NCBI GenBank assembly: GCA_964354285.1
Contig: CAYGYR010000001.1
Span: 454,424-518,423 of the forward strand
Direction: 5' to 3'
DNA: 64,000 bases
From: an uncultured Methanosarcinales archaeon
GTDB taxonomy: Archaea; Nanobdellota; Nanobdellia; Woesearchaeales; ARS49
The position numbers and the translations under genes were made by a program. Shown piece after piece: positions 9,084-18,024 of this stretch (position 1 is the stretch's first letter; the number at the start of each line of letters is the position of its first letter). A model generated the notes under the pieces. It saw only the letters and a list, made by a program, of their open reading frames with translations, made no database searches and was not told where the DNA came from.

Positions 9084-10082
9084 ATGAAATGGCTGGTGAT
9101 TATTACAGTATTACTTGCATTAGTTTTTGTTATTTCTGGATGCGCCCTGAGCGCTGAATGCAAAAAGCCATTTATCCGCTCAGATGGTGAATGCTGCCTG
9201 GACCTAGATGACAATGGCGCCTGCGATGAAACCCAGGATGAGGAGAAAGCAGAACCAAGCAAAACAGAGGAAGCAAAGACAACAGTGGCAGAGAAAGAAG
9301 AAGCAACTCCTGAAGCAAAAGAAGAGCCAGTAGTGGCAGAAGCAGAGGAAATCGAAACAGAGGAAGAAAAAACAGAGACAAACCAAACAAAAATAGGCCC
9401 TGCGCCTGCAACTAAAAACGAAACCATTATTTCTGATGAAGACAGCACAGATATGGAAAGGCTCACTGCAACATTTGCGCAAAAAATCACTGGATATAAA
9501 TACGCTTACAAGGCAAACTGGCATTATATCCGCGGCGACAAGATAAAATTAAAACTGCGTGACGCAGTTCTCGCAACCAACGTAAATGTGGGCGGAACAC
9601 ATTACATGCTTTTCTACTACGATAATGTTTACCTAAATAAAAGAGATAAAACCTCTGCAGGATACTGCGAGGGAACAAGCGTAAGGCTTGGCAAGGAGCA
9701 ATGCATCACTTTAAAACTTGAAGAAGTCCCATTCCCCCTAAGCTATGAAACTTTCAAGACAAAACTTCCTGAAGAATGGCTGTTTGAGTATATCGGAAAG
9801 ACGCCGTCTGAAGCTGGCGTGAACAAGTATTATTATGCTGGAAGAAAAGTAACAAAGCTTGTTTTTGATGATGAAGAAAATACTGGCCAAGAGACAAGAA
9901 TGTACTTTGATGAGACCATAGGCCTGCCAATACGCGTAGAGATTGCACAAGGAGAAAGGATACTGGAGTTATACAGCTATGAGGATTTAAGCTCAAACAC
10001 AGTGCGGGAAGAGGATGTGACCCACAGAAAGCCTTCAGATGTGCCATCAACAGAAGTGTTCTACTCAATACACTCTAAATAA
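9084..10082 (+). CDS. Secreted acidic protein with a signal peptide and a Cys after the hydrophobic segment (lipobox-like)
   Basis: N-terminus MKWLVIITVLLALVFVISGC. E/T-rich low-complexity linker, then a globular C-terminal half. TATA atttatata about 30 nt upstream of the ATG. Confidence 0.5.
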   Translation: MKWLVIITVLLALVFVISGCALSAECKKPFIRSDGECCLDLDDNGACDETQDEEKAEPSKTEEAKTTVAEKEEATPEAKEEPVVAEAEEIETEEEKTETNQTKIGPAPATKNETIISDEDSTDMERLTATFAQKITGYKYAYKANWHYIRGDKIKLKLRDAVLATNVNVGGTHYMLFYYDNVYLNKRDKTSAGYCEGTSVRLGKEQCITLKLEEVPFPLSYETFKTKLPEEWLFEYIGKTPSEAGVNKYYYAGRKVTKLVFDDEENTGQETRMYFDETIGLPIRVEIAQGERILELYSYEDLSSNTVREEDVTHRKPSDVPSTEVFYSIHSK

Positions 10083-10086
10083 GTTC

Positions 10087-10251
10087 TTAATCTAGCCTAT
10101 CGCCCAGATAATATATCAAGCCACCTAGAAGAACAACCGCAAAAGAATATTTTACTTTTCCCCACACTGTTGAGCTTCCTGCCAGCACCAAAAGAAGAGG
10201 GAGCAGGCTAATTAAAACAGCCATAACAACCGGCCAAAACTTATACTTCAT
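10087..10251 (-). CDS. Small hydrophobic protein of 54 aa (candidate)
   Basis: Hand-translated ORF MKYKFWPVVMAVLISLLPLLLVLAG... lying in the gap between flanking genes. Below the ORF-track size cutoff. Confidence 0.25.
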   Translation of the reverse strand: MKYKFWPVVMAVLISLLPLLLVLAGSSTVWGKVKYSFAVVLLGGLIYYLGDRLD

Positions 10252-10346
10252 GATACATACTTAGTTTTCTTGCTTTTTAAAGCTGATGCTTTTCTAGGCA
10301 AAAATCTTTTAAACCACTGGCAATTCTTTTGAAATCAGGGGGAATA

Positions 10347-10793
10347 ATGAGCAGAAAAAACCAAAAAGAACACTACAGGGTGGGCAAACGGCTGCATACA
10401 GACAGCTTCGAGTCCTTTGCCATACTAAAATGGGTTGATGAGGCTAAAGATTTGGGGATTGAGCCATACCAGCTTATAGAAAAAATAGTTGAAAAACAAG
10501 ACGAGAATGGATTATACTTAGAGCACATAAGCGCAAGAAACGAGGTCGGCCAAAGAATGCATGTAACTGAGAGAAAATTCCTTTCTCCTGGCAAGACACA
10601 CGAGAGGAATCCTGAAAAATTGTACTGCCGCATAGACGATTATGTGCAAAGAGAATACAGCTTTCTTCTTATGCAAAATACAGTAAAAAAATACAGCTTT
10701 ACCACAGCTGATCTTTCAGGCATAGCGCTTGAACAAATGAAAACAATGCTTTCTGCATACAAGAAGGGCTGTACTAATAATAAAAAAGCTTAA
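10347..10793 (+). CDS. Hypothetical protein
   Basis: ORF with SD AGGGGG 7 nt upstream of the ATG at 10347. The tool ORF starts at 10329. Confidence 0.4.
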   Translation: MSRKNQKEHYRVGKRLHTDSFESFAILKWVDEAKDLGIEPYQLIEKIVEKQDENGLYLEHISARNEVGQRMHVTERKFLSPGKTHERNPEKLYCRIDDYVQREYSFLLMQNTVKKYSFTTADLSGIALEQMKTMLSAYKKGCTNNKKA

Positions 10794-10819
10794 ATACTAT
10801 ATTTCTAATATCTGACCTT

Positions 10820-11251
10820 ATGCCAAAAGAAAAAAACTGGATGAGGCTATTCCTAATTAATTATGCAGCCATTCCTGCAATTATTATCATCATAGCTCTT
10901 GTGGTTGGCGCTTTTTTCCTGCCAACGACAGGCAATATGCAGGAAATAACGCAGCACAAGACAGTGCTTGTTGTTTTGCTGGTGTTATTGGTTTTATTCC
11001 TGTTATGGGCAGTGGCTCAAGTTGCAATCGCAGTTACTTTTATTGTGCTGAGCAAGAAGATTGATGTGATTGCGCCATCAATTATTATTGCAGCACTTGC
11101 CTGCGCAGTTATTCTTGCGTATGCTGTGCCGTACATCAGCCCAGTCCTTCTTTTGAAAATATTCTCAATAGCTTTCCTCGCATATCTCATTGCCGTTGGC
11201 TATTCTTACGACAGGCTTAAAATCAAGGAATTTGCGAAGTATATAAGATGA
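10820..11251 (+). CDS. Integral membrane protein (4 predicted TM helices)
   Basis: 143-aa ORF dominated by hydrophobic helices. Confidence 0.45.
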   Translation: MPKEKNWMRLFLINYAAIPAIIIIIALVVGAFFLPTTGNMQEITQHKTVLVVLLVLLVLFLLWAVAQVAIAVTFIVLSKKIDVIAPSIIIAALACAVILAYAVPYISPVLLLKIFSIAFLAYLIAVGYSYDRLKIKEFAKYIR

Positions 11252-11309
11252 AGAGCTTGAACAAAATCGCAGGGGCAGATAAGAAAATGCAAGAATATTT
11301 TTTCTGAGT

Positions 11310-12137
11310 TCAAAAAAATCTAATTGAGGCATAACCCACTGCAGTCGAGTAATCACTGCCAGAGATATCTGCAGAAGTATAATACTTGAGAAGCTCTGAT
11401 TTCTTTGCTTCTATGCAGCCAAGCATTGCTGAGATAGGCATCTTTCCGCAAACAGTAGCCCCTGTTTTCTTCACATAATCAAGGAATCCTTTTGCATCTA
11501 TTTTCCTTATCTGCTCAATTGCGCCTGCATCAAGCTCGTGCATTTTATTCTTCACATCTGTCTTGAATGGGGCATAGCCATAATTACTGCCATAATGCGT
11601 AAAGTCAGAGCTTGCAATAAACATAACTTTTTTGCCTGACTGCTCAACTGCCTTTTTGACTGCATTGGCTGCAGCATAGTCAGAGATTATTATTGGAACA
11701 AACTTGAAATCCTCAAGAACATACTGCAGGAAAGGAATCTGGACTTCAATAGAGTGCTCTTCCTCATGGGCCATCTCATTTTGCTCAAGGCCATTTTTCA
11801 CAAGCAGCTTCCCAAATTCCTTGTCGATTTTAGCAATGCCAAGAGGAGTTTTCCAGTCATCTAAGCTGACGCAGCTGCCATGACCAGAGTGCGAAAGGCC
11901 AAGAATTATGAAAAGGTCTGGCTTTTTAGATTCTGCAACCGCCTTGTAGCTGTGAGCAGCGCAGGGGCCTGAGTAAACATAGCCTGCATGCGGGCAGATG
12001 ACTCCTGCAGTCTCTTTTGTTGCCTTGCCAGGAAGCTTTCCAGGGCCAAATTTTGAAAGAAAACAGCTTTTAATCTGCTCTCTCAAAGAACCAGAATCTT
12101 CTTCATAAAAACTTCCTGAAACAACTGCTTCTCTCAT
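11310..12137 (-). CDS. MEMO1 / AmmeMemoRadiSam system protein B family protein
   Basis: Motifs MREAVVSGSFYEED and CPHAGYVYSGPCAAHSYKA, and a ...SSDFTHYG block, match the MEMO1 family. Start moved to the internal ATG to remove overlap with the downstream ORF. Confidence 0.7.
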   Translation of the reverse strand: MREAVVSGSFYEEDSGSLREQIKSCFLSKFGPGKLPGKATKETAGVICPHAGYVYSGPCAAHSYKAVAESKKPDLFIILGLSHSGHGSCVSLDDWKTPLGIAKIDKEFGKLLVKNGLEQNEMAHEEEHSIEVQIPFLQYVLEDFKFVPIIISDYAAANAVKKAVEQSGKKVMFIASSDFTHYGSNYGYAPFKTDVKNKMHELDAGAIEQIRKIDAKGFLDYVKKTGATVCGKMPISAMLGCIEAKKSELLKYYTSADISGSDYSTAVGYASIRFF

Positions 12138-12415
12138 CGCGCAAGTGCAGCCATTGTGGAGCAGAATTGCTCGCACAGCTCAGGTTTATTATTAACAGAT
12201 GGCGGTGCATCCATATTTGTGGCAACCTCATAATCAGGAGGAAGGCACATGCTGAAATGCTGGAATACATGATAAGGCATTCCCTCTTTAGGCAAGGGAG
12301 TTACTCTGCAGCAGCACACTGATTTTGTGGATGCAATTGCATCACCAATTCTGCCGCAGCCTATTATGAATAAGCAAGATAAAACCAGGCAAAATAAAAC
12401 AAGCTTTTTCATCAA
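12134..12415 (-). CDS. Small secreted Cys-rich protein
   Basis: Signal-like N-terminus MMKKLVLFCLVLSCLFIIGC. ATGA overlap with the MEMO1-like gene. Confidence 0.4.
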   Translation of the reverse strand: MMKKLVLFCLVLSCLFIIGCGRIGDAIASTKSVCCCRVTPLPKEGMPYHVFQHFSMCLPPDYEVATNMDAPPSVNNKPELCEQFCSTMAALAR

Positions 12416-12467
12416 GTCACCTCTTAAAGCAAGGTATCTTTTCTATATTTAAATCTTTTCACTTAAA

Positions 12468-13049
12468 ATGATAAAGTTTTTAAACACAGTGTATTTTTCC
12501 GGTGATATGGGGAGAAAGCAAGAACTCGAGCAGGAGTTAGGAGAATATATCAAAGGCAAGCGGAAAAAGAAAATAGATGTGGTTGGAATGATAAAAGGAA
12601 TGATGCCAAAACCATCGCCGCCGCCAGTAAAACTGCCTCCAGAGATACAGCCATACGGAGACGAGGAAGAGAAAAAGGCAGAGAAAAAAGAAGATAAGAA
12701 GGTGGATGAAGTGCCAATAATTGAAACAAGTGAGGAAGCGCCAAAAACAGAAATAGAGGAATATGAGGCAGAAACAAAGCCATTCTGGCATTCTATTCTT
12801 GAGAAAGTTGGATTGAAGCCAAGCAAAGCAGTCAAAAAAGAAGAAGCAATTCTTGCAGAAAAAGGCGAGGAAGAGAAGATAAAAGAAATGGTCGAGAAAG
12901 AATTCATGCTGAAAGACATACGAGACCTCGCAAAAATGACTCTTTTTGTGATAAAACAGCTTCCAAAAGAGAGAATGGAACAATTCAAGCAAACCTCTGA
13001 TTTCAATGATTTGAAAGAGTTATTGAAGAAGTACAAGTTGATAAAGTAA
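12468..13049 (+). CDS. Lys/Glu-rich hypothetical protein
   Basis: 193-aa ORF with TATA tatatttaaat about 25 nt upstream (leaderless-compatible). The antisense ORF 12449..13072 was judged spurious. Confidence 0.35.
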   Translation: MIKFLNTVYFSGDMGRKQELEQELGEYIKGKRKKKIDVVGMIKGMMPKPSPPPVKLPPEIQPYGDEEEKKAEKKEDKKVDEVPIIETSEEAPKTEIEEYEAETKPFWHSILEKVGLKPSKAVKKEEAILAEKGEEEKIKEMVEKEFMLKDIRDLAKMTLFVIKQLPKERMEQFKQTSDFNDLKELLKKYKLIK

Positions 13050-13055
13050 TTATTT

Positions 13056-13838
13056 TTATTTTTGATATACAAAATGTATTGTTATAGTTTCATTCTTTCC
13101 TTTTCCAAAATTGTTATTAAAATTTGCTTTCTCTTTAAATTTTGCATTTTCAGCAGCGTTCAGTATCTGGCCTGTAACAATTTCCTTGGCCATTTCATTG
13201 CCTACTTTTAATGAGATTAAAACCTTGCCTTGCGGGGCTAAAATATGATAAATCTCTTTTAGCTGGCTGTCAAAATGGTATACTGCCTCGATTCCCTGCT
13301 CGAACATAAAATAAGTATCGAAAGTTTCATGCAAAACATACGTGGCAATAACTGAATCAAAGCTTTCTGGCTTAAAGCAAATAGTCTCTAAATCTGCACG
13401 GATAAATTCAGTATTCTTCAAGCCGTATTTTTCTGCTTTTTCTTTTGCGAGCTTAATGGGGCCTGCGCACCGGTCAATCCCTATAATTTGCGTTTCTGGG
13501 CACTCTATTCCGTAAAATATTGTTTTCAAGCCGTCTGAGCAGCCAATATCAAGCACACGCTTGCAGCCTTTGACGCCATTTTTTACAACAAAAGGAATAT
13601 CCTTGATTATTTTTGGCCGGTTCATTCTCCAAAAAAGCGAAAACAAGCTGTGTTGTGTCTTAAATTCATATAGCTGATTTAAGTATGAGACTCCATTTGA
13701 AGGGTCTTGAATTAAGCTGTTGGAAAGCCTTTCTAATTTTTCTCCTGACTCTTTAGGAATAATCTTCTTAGAGCTCTTTAGAAAATCATCTATCCTGGAC
13801 TTTACATCTTCCTTTTTAAGATATTCTATAAGCTGCAT
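13056..13838 (-). CDS. Class I SAM-dependent methyltransferase
   Basis: Motif I VLDIGCSDGLKTIFYG and motif II IGIDRC. Confidence 0.65.
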   Translation of the reverse strand: MQLIEYLKKEDVKSRIDDFLKSSKKIIPKESGEKLERLSNSLIQDPSNGVSYLNQLYEFKTQHSLFSLFWRMNRPKIIKDIPFVVKNGVKGCKRVLDIGCSDGLKTIFYGIECPETQIIGIDRCAGPIKLAKEKAEKYGLKNTEFIRADLETICFKPESFDSVIATYVLHETFDTYFMFEQGIEAVYHFDSQLKEIYHILAPQGKVLISLKVGNEMAKEIVTGQILNAAENAKFKEKANFNNNFGKGKNETITIHFVYQK

Positions 13839-13897
13839 AACTAAGAAGTAATGCGGGGATTTTTAAAGCTGGTGGATTATGCAAGAATTTTCAGTAT

Positions 13898-14677
13898 TTA
13901 CTTCTGTAAAACAAAATTCAGTGCTGTTATCATGTTTTTGCCATTCTGGTATTTGTTTACTGAAACTTGCTTTGGCTTTAAGCCTGCGCTTTCAGCTGCC
14001 TGCTCGATCTCGAACTTGATTTGTTCTGCATCATTGACTAAAAGAGTTACTAACAGTTTTCCTTTCGGTGCAAGAGCTTCAGATAGTGACTTTATCTGCT
14101 TATCAAAGAAATATTTTTGGCACATTTCACGGTAGTCGCCAAAGACTGCATAATCTTCATGCAAAACCTGTGTTGCAATAATGGAATCAAAGCTTTCTGG
14201 CTTAAAGCAAAGGTGATACAAATTTGCAGGAACAAAGCAGATATTGCCGAGGCTGTGTTTCTCTGCTTTTTTCTGCGCAATGCCGATAGCATCAGTACAG
14301 CGGTCAATCCCCACAAAATGCGCGCCTGGAAAATTCAATGCATAGTAAATTGTTTTCAAGCCATCTGCACAGCCTATATCCAAGATTCTTTTTTGCCCAG
14401 CAATGTTCTCAGTTATAAATTGCGTGTTGTTAATCATGTGGCCCAAATTCACCTGCCAGAACTCTGTAAACACGCCATGCTTTGCCATAAAATCATACAT
14501 TTTAGGAACCAGTTTTAGTGTTTTTGAAGGGTGCGTGTGTGACTCCTCATATAACTTTTCGTTTTCCAGATATTTTTCTTCTGAAAGGCGTCCCCTAAGT
14601 AAATCTAAGAAACCAATTTTCACTTCTGTGCCAATACCTTCACTCACTAAATAGTCTTCAATATTCATATGCTTCAT
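13898..14677 (-). CDS. Class I SAM-dependent methyltransferase; tandem paralog of 13056..13838
   Basis: ILDIGCADGLKTIYYA...VGIDRC. Collinear similarity to the upstream neighbour across the whole protein. Confidence 0.65.
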   Translation of the reverse strand: MKHMNIEDYLVSEGIGTEVKIGFLDLLRGRLSEEKYLENEKLYEESHTHPSKTLKLVPKMYDFMAKHGVFTEFWQVNLGHMINNTQFITENIAGQKRILDIGCADGLKTIYYALNFPGAHFVGIDRCTDAIGIAQKKAEKHSLGNICFVPANLYHLCFKPESFDSIIATQVLHEDYAVFGDYREMCQKYFFDKQIKSLSEALAPKGKLLVTLLVNDAEQIKFEIEQAAESAGLKPKQVSVNKYQNGKNMITALNFVLQK

Positions 14678-14709
14678 AAGAAGTCCAATGTATTTAAAGT
14701 TTAATGAAG

Positions 14710-15303
14710 CTAAGTGAAATATCCTGCAATTCTCTCTGCGATTGCTCCTGCTATCTGTCCGTATTTTTCCTCGACTGTCTGGACTGCCTTCTCGACTGTC
14801 TCCTGCTTCTGCGACTCAACATACTGCACAAGATACCCTCTTACATCCATCTTGTATACAAAAGGGATTTTGATTTTCTCTGTCACATAGACATTTCCTG
14901 AGAAAATTATGTTTAAAGGCTCCTTGCTTGTCACCAGCTGTATTATCAGGGAAAGCGCAGGGGCCCAGCTTATGTTCTCGTGAAAGGGAATCCTTGTGAC
15001 TTGTTTTGGGGAGAGCTTTCTGCCCTCAAGTATTCCTGAAGAAAGAAGCTGGCTTGTCGGCTCGAAAACAACACCATACTCTACGCGCTTTATGCTTACT
15101 GAAATAAAGTTAGGGTTGCTGATGTCAAGATATCCTGAAAAGGAGAATCCCCTGAGGCTTAAATCAGTTAGTTTTGTAACACCTATGTCTGTAATCTGAA
15201 GCTGTGTGAATGCATAAAAGTAATACCCAGCATATCCGAGAACAGCAGCAAGCACTAATGCTGATATGATTACAGGAACTAGCCACCTCTTTTTATTTGG
15301 CAT
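14710..15303 (-). CDS. Membrane-anchored LEA_2/WHy (NDR1/HIN1-like) domain protein
   Basis: One N-terminal TM helix, then a beta-rich domain resembling water-stress/hypersensitive-response (LEA14-like) folds. Confidence 0.4.
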   Translation of the reverse strand: MPNKKRWLVPVIISALVLAAVLGYAGYYFYAFTQLQITDIGVTKLTDLSLRGFSFSGYLDISNPNFISVSIKRVEYGVVFEPTSQLLSSGILEGRKLSPKQVTRIPFHENISWAPALSLIIQLVTSKEPLNIIFSGNVYVTEKIKIPFVYKMDVRGYLVQYVESQKQETVEKAVQTVEEKYGQIAGAIAERIAGYFT

Positions 15304-15335
15304 GCGCTTAATTTAAGAGGTAGAGTATATAAATA

Positions 15336-15884
15336 TTACTGGGCATCAAATGATTTCAGAAGGCCGAATTTTGAGCCAGGATACTTTTTCTCAAGGTCAT
15401 CAAGCATCCTGCCAAGCGATGTTTTTTGGCTTTTCCTGCCTTTTACTTTCTTGATGCTGGCAAAATACTCTATCTCCTCATCAGAGATGTTGAGCAAGGG
15501 CTTTATGAACGGCAACTCCTCTGGCTTTTTGCCCTCAAAAATTGCCCTGAGCTTAAGCTCTATCTCGTCATCAAGATTCCAGGGAATTATCACCTTCTTA
15601 TATCCCTTGGCTGGCTTTCTGGCATCTGAGATTTTGCCTTTTTTAGTGTCAAAATAAAATGGCTGGCCTTTAAATACAGCCTTTACAAGGAGAATGCAGG
15701 CCTTTGCTTTTGTGCTTCCATCATCAATGATTAAAGCCCGGTCTTTAGGCCTGAGCCAGGCATGCTCCCTGAAGGCCTTCCTAGCACGCTTTTCAATGAC
15801 CTCTGCGAAACAGCCTGGGCAGAGGCTGCCGCCTAGGTGCTTCAGGTCAATTCCTGCCTTCATTATGCATTTGACGCATTTCAT
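15336..15884 (-). CDS. NcsA/TtcA-like PP-loop family protein with a degenerate P-loop (short form)
   Basis: N-terminal CxxC...CxxC zinc ribbon (MKCVKC...CPGC). C-terminal blocks FIKPLLNISDEEIEYFA and LDDLEKKYPGSKFGLLKSF resemble the NcsA/CTU1 family. The SGGKDS motif is replaced by DDGSTKA, and the protein is only 182 aa. Confidence 0.4.
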   Translation of the reverse strand: MKCVKCIMKAGIDLKHLGGSLCPGCFAEVIEKRARKAFREHAWLRPKDRALIIDDGSTKAKACILLVKAVFKGQPFYFDTKKGKISDARKPAKGYKKVIIPWNLDDEIELKLRAIFEGKKPEELPFIKPLLNISDEEIEYFASIKKVKGRKSQKTSLGRMLDDLEKKYPGSKFGLLKSFDAQ

Positions 15885-16029
15885 AGTGCTTGTGCTATTT
15901 AAAGGTGTTATAAAGGTATGTGCAACTACTCTGGAGTACTATAAAAAACGAAAGCTTTAAATATAAGTAACACTATACTGTAGTAGTAACAATTGGTGGG
16001 TGGGTTGAAAGAATCATTATTCACTTATT

Positions 16030-16160
16030 ATCTATCACCTCTTTTTCCCGCGCAGGTCTCCTTCGGGGGATCTGCGAGGGTTTTATAATCCCTAACGCTC
16101 ACTATCACCTCTTTTTCCCTTGCAAGCGCCTCTTTCGAGGTGTTTGCGGGGGTTTACTAT
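16030..16160 (+). repeat. Two tandem copies (about 71-nt period) of a unit: TATCACCTCTTTTTCCC, then a UUCG/UUUC-loop hairpin, then a G/T-rich tail
   Basis: Copy 1 hairpin: cgcaggtctcc-ttcg-ggggatctgcg. Copy 2 hairpin: gcaagcgcctc-tttc-gaggtgtttgc. The stems differ in sequence but both pair (compensatory changes). Copy 2 overlaps the last codons of the minus-strand CDS 16105..17976. Confidence 0.6.
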
Positions 16161-17976
16161 CGTGACTATTGTGATTTCTTACAGGCCACATTACAATAAG
16201 CCCGATTGCCAAGCCTGCTGCAAACGCGACAATAAGCTCTATGTTGATATAATCCAAGATTGCACCCAGCGACTTATTCGCTTTTTTAGGGAAGTATATG
16301 TCCAGGTTAGAAAACTCAAGGGCATACTCGCTGAAAAGCAGGGCAGAGTATTTATCGCTTTCTTTTAATGAATTTCCATACTCATAATATGAGTATCCAA
16401 TGATTGGGAAAATGCCTTTTTTCTGCACCCTCACAAGGGTCTGCTTCACAACATCAAGCTTGAGATTTAGCAATTCATCAAACCGCGATTCCTCAACGCC
16501 AATAAGGCCAAGAATTATGTCAACACCTGATTTCGCCTTGATTGCTGTGTAGAGGCAGGTTATAAACTGCTTGCCCACCATCATGCTATATGCATCATCA
16601 AGCTCCTTGCGGACTCCAGATGCTGTTAGTTCCGGCAAAAGCACTTTCAGATAATTGTATCGCTCCTCTGCCTCGTCTATCTTGCTTTGGCAGCTGTTCC
16701 TCAGCCTTTCCTCGTCAAGCTCGAAAGAGACCTCTTTTCCATTAAAGAACCTGCTCCATGCCTCTGCAGAGTAAAGGCGCTCTTCTGCATACGCGAGCAT
16801 TATTGCAGCCTCTGTTAAGTTCTTCTCTTTCTGCATCTCCTCAAGCATTTCCTTTGCATCTGAGATTCTCTCCTTGACTGCCATGAATGTCTGCAGGTCA
16901 GTGATTGTGGTTATTTTCTTTGAATTAATCAGCGCGTCATAATCATTTATTTTTGCCTCAGCAAGAACCCTTGACTTGTTAAGCTCTTTTTGCGTGTAAT
17001 TCTTGTATGCATAAAGCTGTTTTTTCAGCTCAACGCTTGACTTGAAGCAGTAAGACGCAGAGCTGTAGTATTCTCCTGCATTAAATGCATCTTTTGCACG
17101 CGCAGAACTGTTAAGAGAGGCTTCTTCTTCTGTTGTTTGCTGCGCAATCCCAAGCTCAAGCCTCTTTTTGATGATACTCTTGTGGAGCTCGTCGTTTCTG
17201 CTGCAAAGGTCAACAGAGACTTTCTTCATTGTCTTCTTGTAATTTTCATTTATAACAAAAGGCTCCTTGTTTTTTGGTGCCTTATAGCCGGACATGTATT
17301 CCAGCGCCTCAACAAGGGTGGCTGCCTCGACAACAGTTATGTTCAGTTTTTTGCCATACTCAACAAGGTCTGTTGTGATGTTCGAGATATTTTCTGCATT
17401 CTCAATAACTGCCTCATCCTCTGCCCTCTCCACAATCTCTGCTATGTCTTTTGAAACCTTTGTCCCTTTTGGGATGACCACAAGCGTTATTCCATTCGCA
17501 GCAGCAGCATCTATCTTTCCTTTCAAGCCCCCAACTGCGCCAATGATTCCCCCGGAGTTAATTGTGCCTGTTATTGCAGCATCTTTTCTCAAATCAAGAT
17601 TAAGCAATAATGCTGCTGCAAGAACAGCTGCAGCAGAGCCAGCACTTGGCCCGCCAACAATTCCTGGCAGAGAGCGTATTGTATAAAAAAAATCATTGCC
17701 AGAGCAGTCAATATCAAGCTCTGAGCAGGCAATCTGCTGCGCAAACCTCATGCTCACCTGAGTCGAGACTTTTGTCAGCGGGAATGTCTCTAAAAAGACC
17801 CTGCCAGACCCATGCTTAAGCTCAAGATCCAGGTTCGCGGTTGTGCCGCTTTTTTCACCGCCTTTATCAAGCACTGCAAGAAGCTTGATGTTTCCCTGCT
17901 TCTCGCTTGCAGCCAGGGCGCATGGAACTATCAAGAGCAGTAAGAGTATAGATAATATTGCACATTTCCCCCTCAT
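16105..17976 (-). CDS. Secreted/membrane-anchored Lon-like S16 serine peptidase domain protein without an AAA+ module
   Basis: Signal peptide. S16 catalytic motifs GGPSAGSAAAV (Ser) and GGLKGKIDAA (Lys). A long predicted coiled-coil region, a C-terminal TM helix and a basic tail. No Walker motifs. Confidence 0.6.
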   Translation of the reverse strand: MRGKCAILSILLLLLIVPCALAASEKQGNIKLLAVLDKGGEKSGTTANLDLELKHGSGRVFLETFPLTKVSTQVSMRFAQQIACSELDIDCSGNDFFYTIRSLPGIVGGPSAGSAAAVLAAALLLNLDLRKDAAITGTINSGGIIGAVGGLKGKIDAAAANGITLVVIPKGTKVSKDIAEIVERAEDEAVIENAENISNITTDLVEYGKKLNITVVEAATLVEALEYMSGYKAPKNKEPFVINENYKKTMKKVSVDLCSRNDELHKSIIKKRLELGIAQQTTEEEASLNSSARAKDAFNAGEYYSSASYCFKSSVELKKQLYAYKNYTQKELNKSRVLAEAKINDYDALINSKKITTITDLQTFMAVKERISDAKEMLEEMQKEKNLTEAAIMLAYAEERLYSAEAWSRFFNGKEVSFELDEERLRNSCQSKIDEAEERYNYLKVLLPELTASGVRKELDDAYSMMVGKQFITCLYTAIKAKSGVDIILGLIGVEESRFDELLNLKLDVVKQTLVRVQKKGIFPIIGYSYYEYGNSLKESDKYSALLFSEYALEFSNLDIYFPKKANKSLGAILDYINIELIVAFAAGLAIGLIVMWPVRNHNSHDSKPPQTPRKRRLQGKKR

Positions 17977-18024
17977 CGAATTATAGCAGAAAATGATACT
18001 ATATATAGTTTATGCTTCACTATC

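Noticed and set aside
12449-13072. 207-aa minus-strand ORF overlapping the KE-rich plus-strand ORF
   Set aside because: Low-complexity S/F-rich translation mirrors the K/E-rich sense strand. The plus-strand ORF has a TATA box and is preferred, although neither is strongly supported.
15694-15960. Plus-strand ORF overlapping the 5' end and promoter of the minus-strand NcsA-like gene
   Set aside because: No SD or promoter, and it overlaps a better-supported gene. It was considered as a source for a plus-strand transcript ending at the hairpin repeats, but nothing supports it.
16032-16048. TATCACCTC block resembling the 3' end of 16S rRNA
   Set aside because: Only about 9 nt of similarity (to GATCACCTCC), and no adjacent rRNA-like sequence. 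More likely coincidental, or the complement of an SD-like sequence within a repeat unit.
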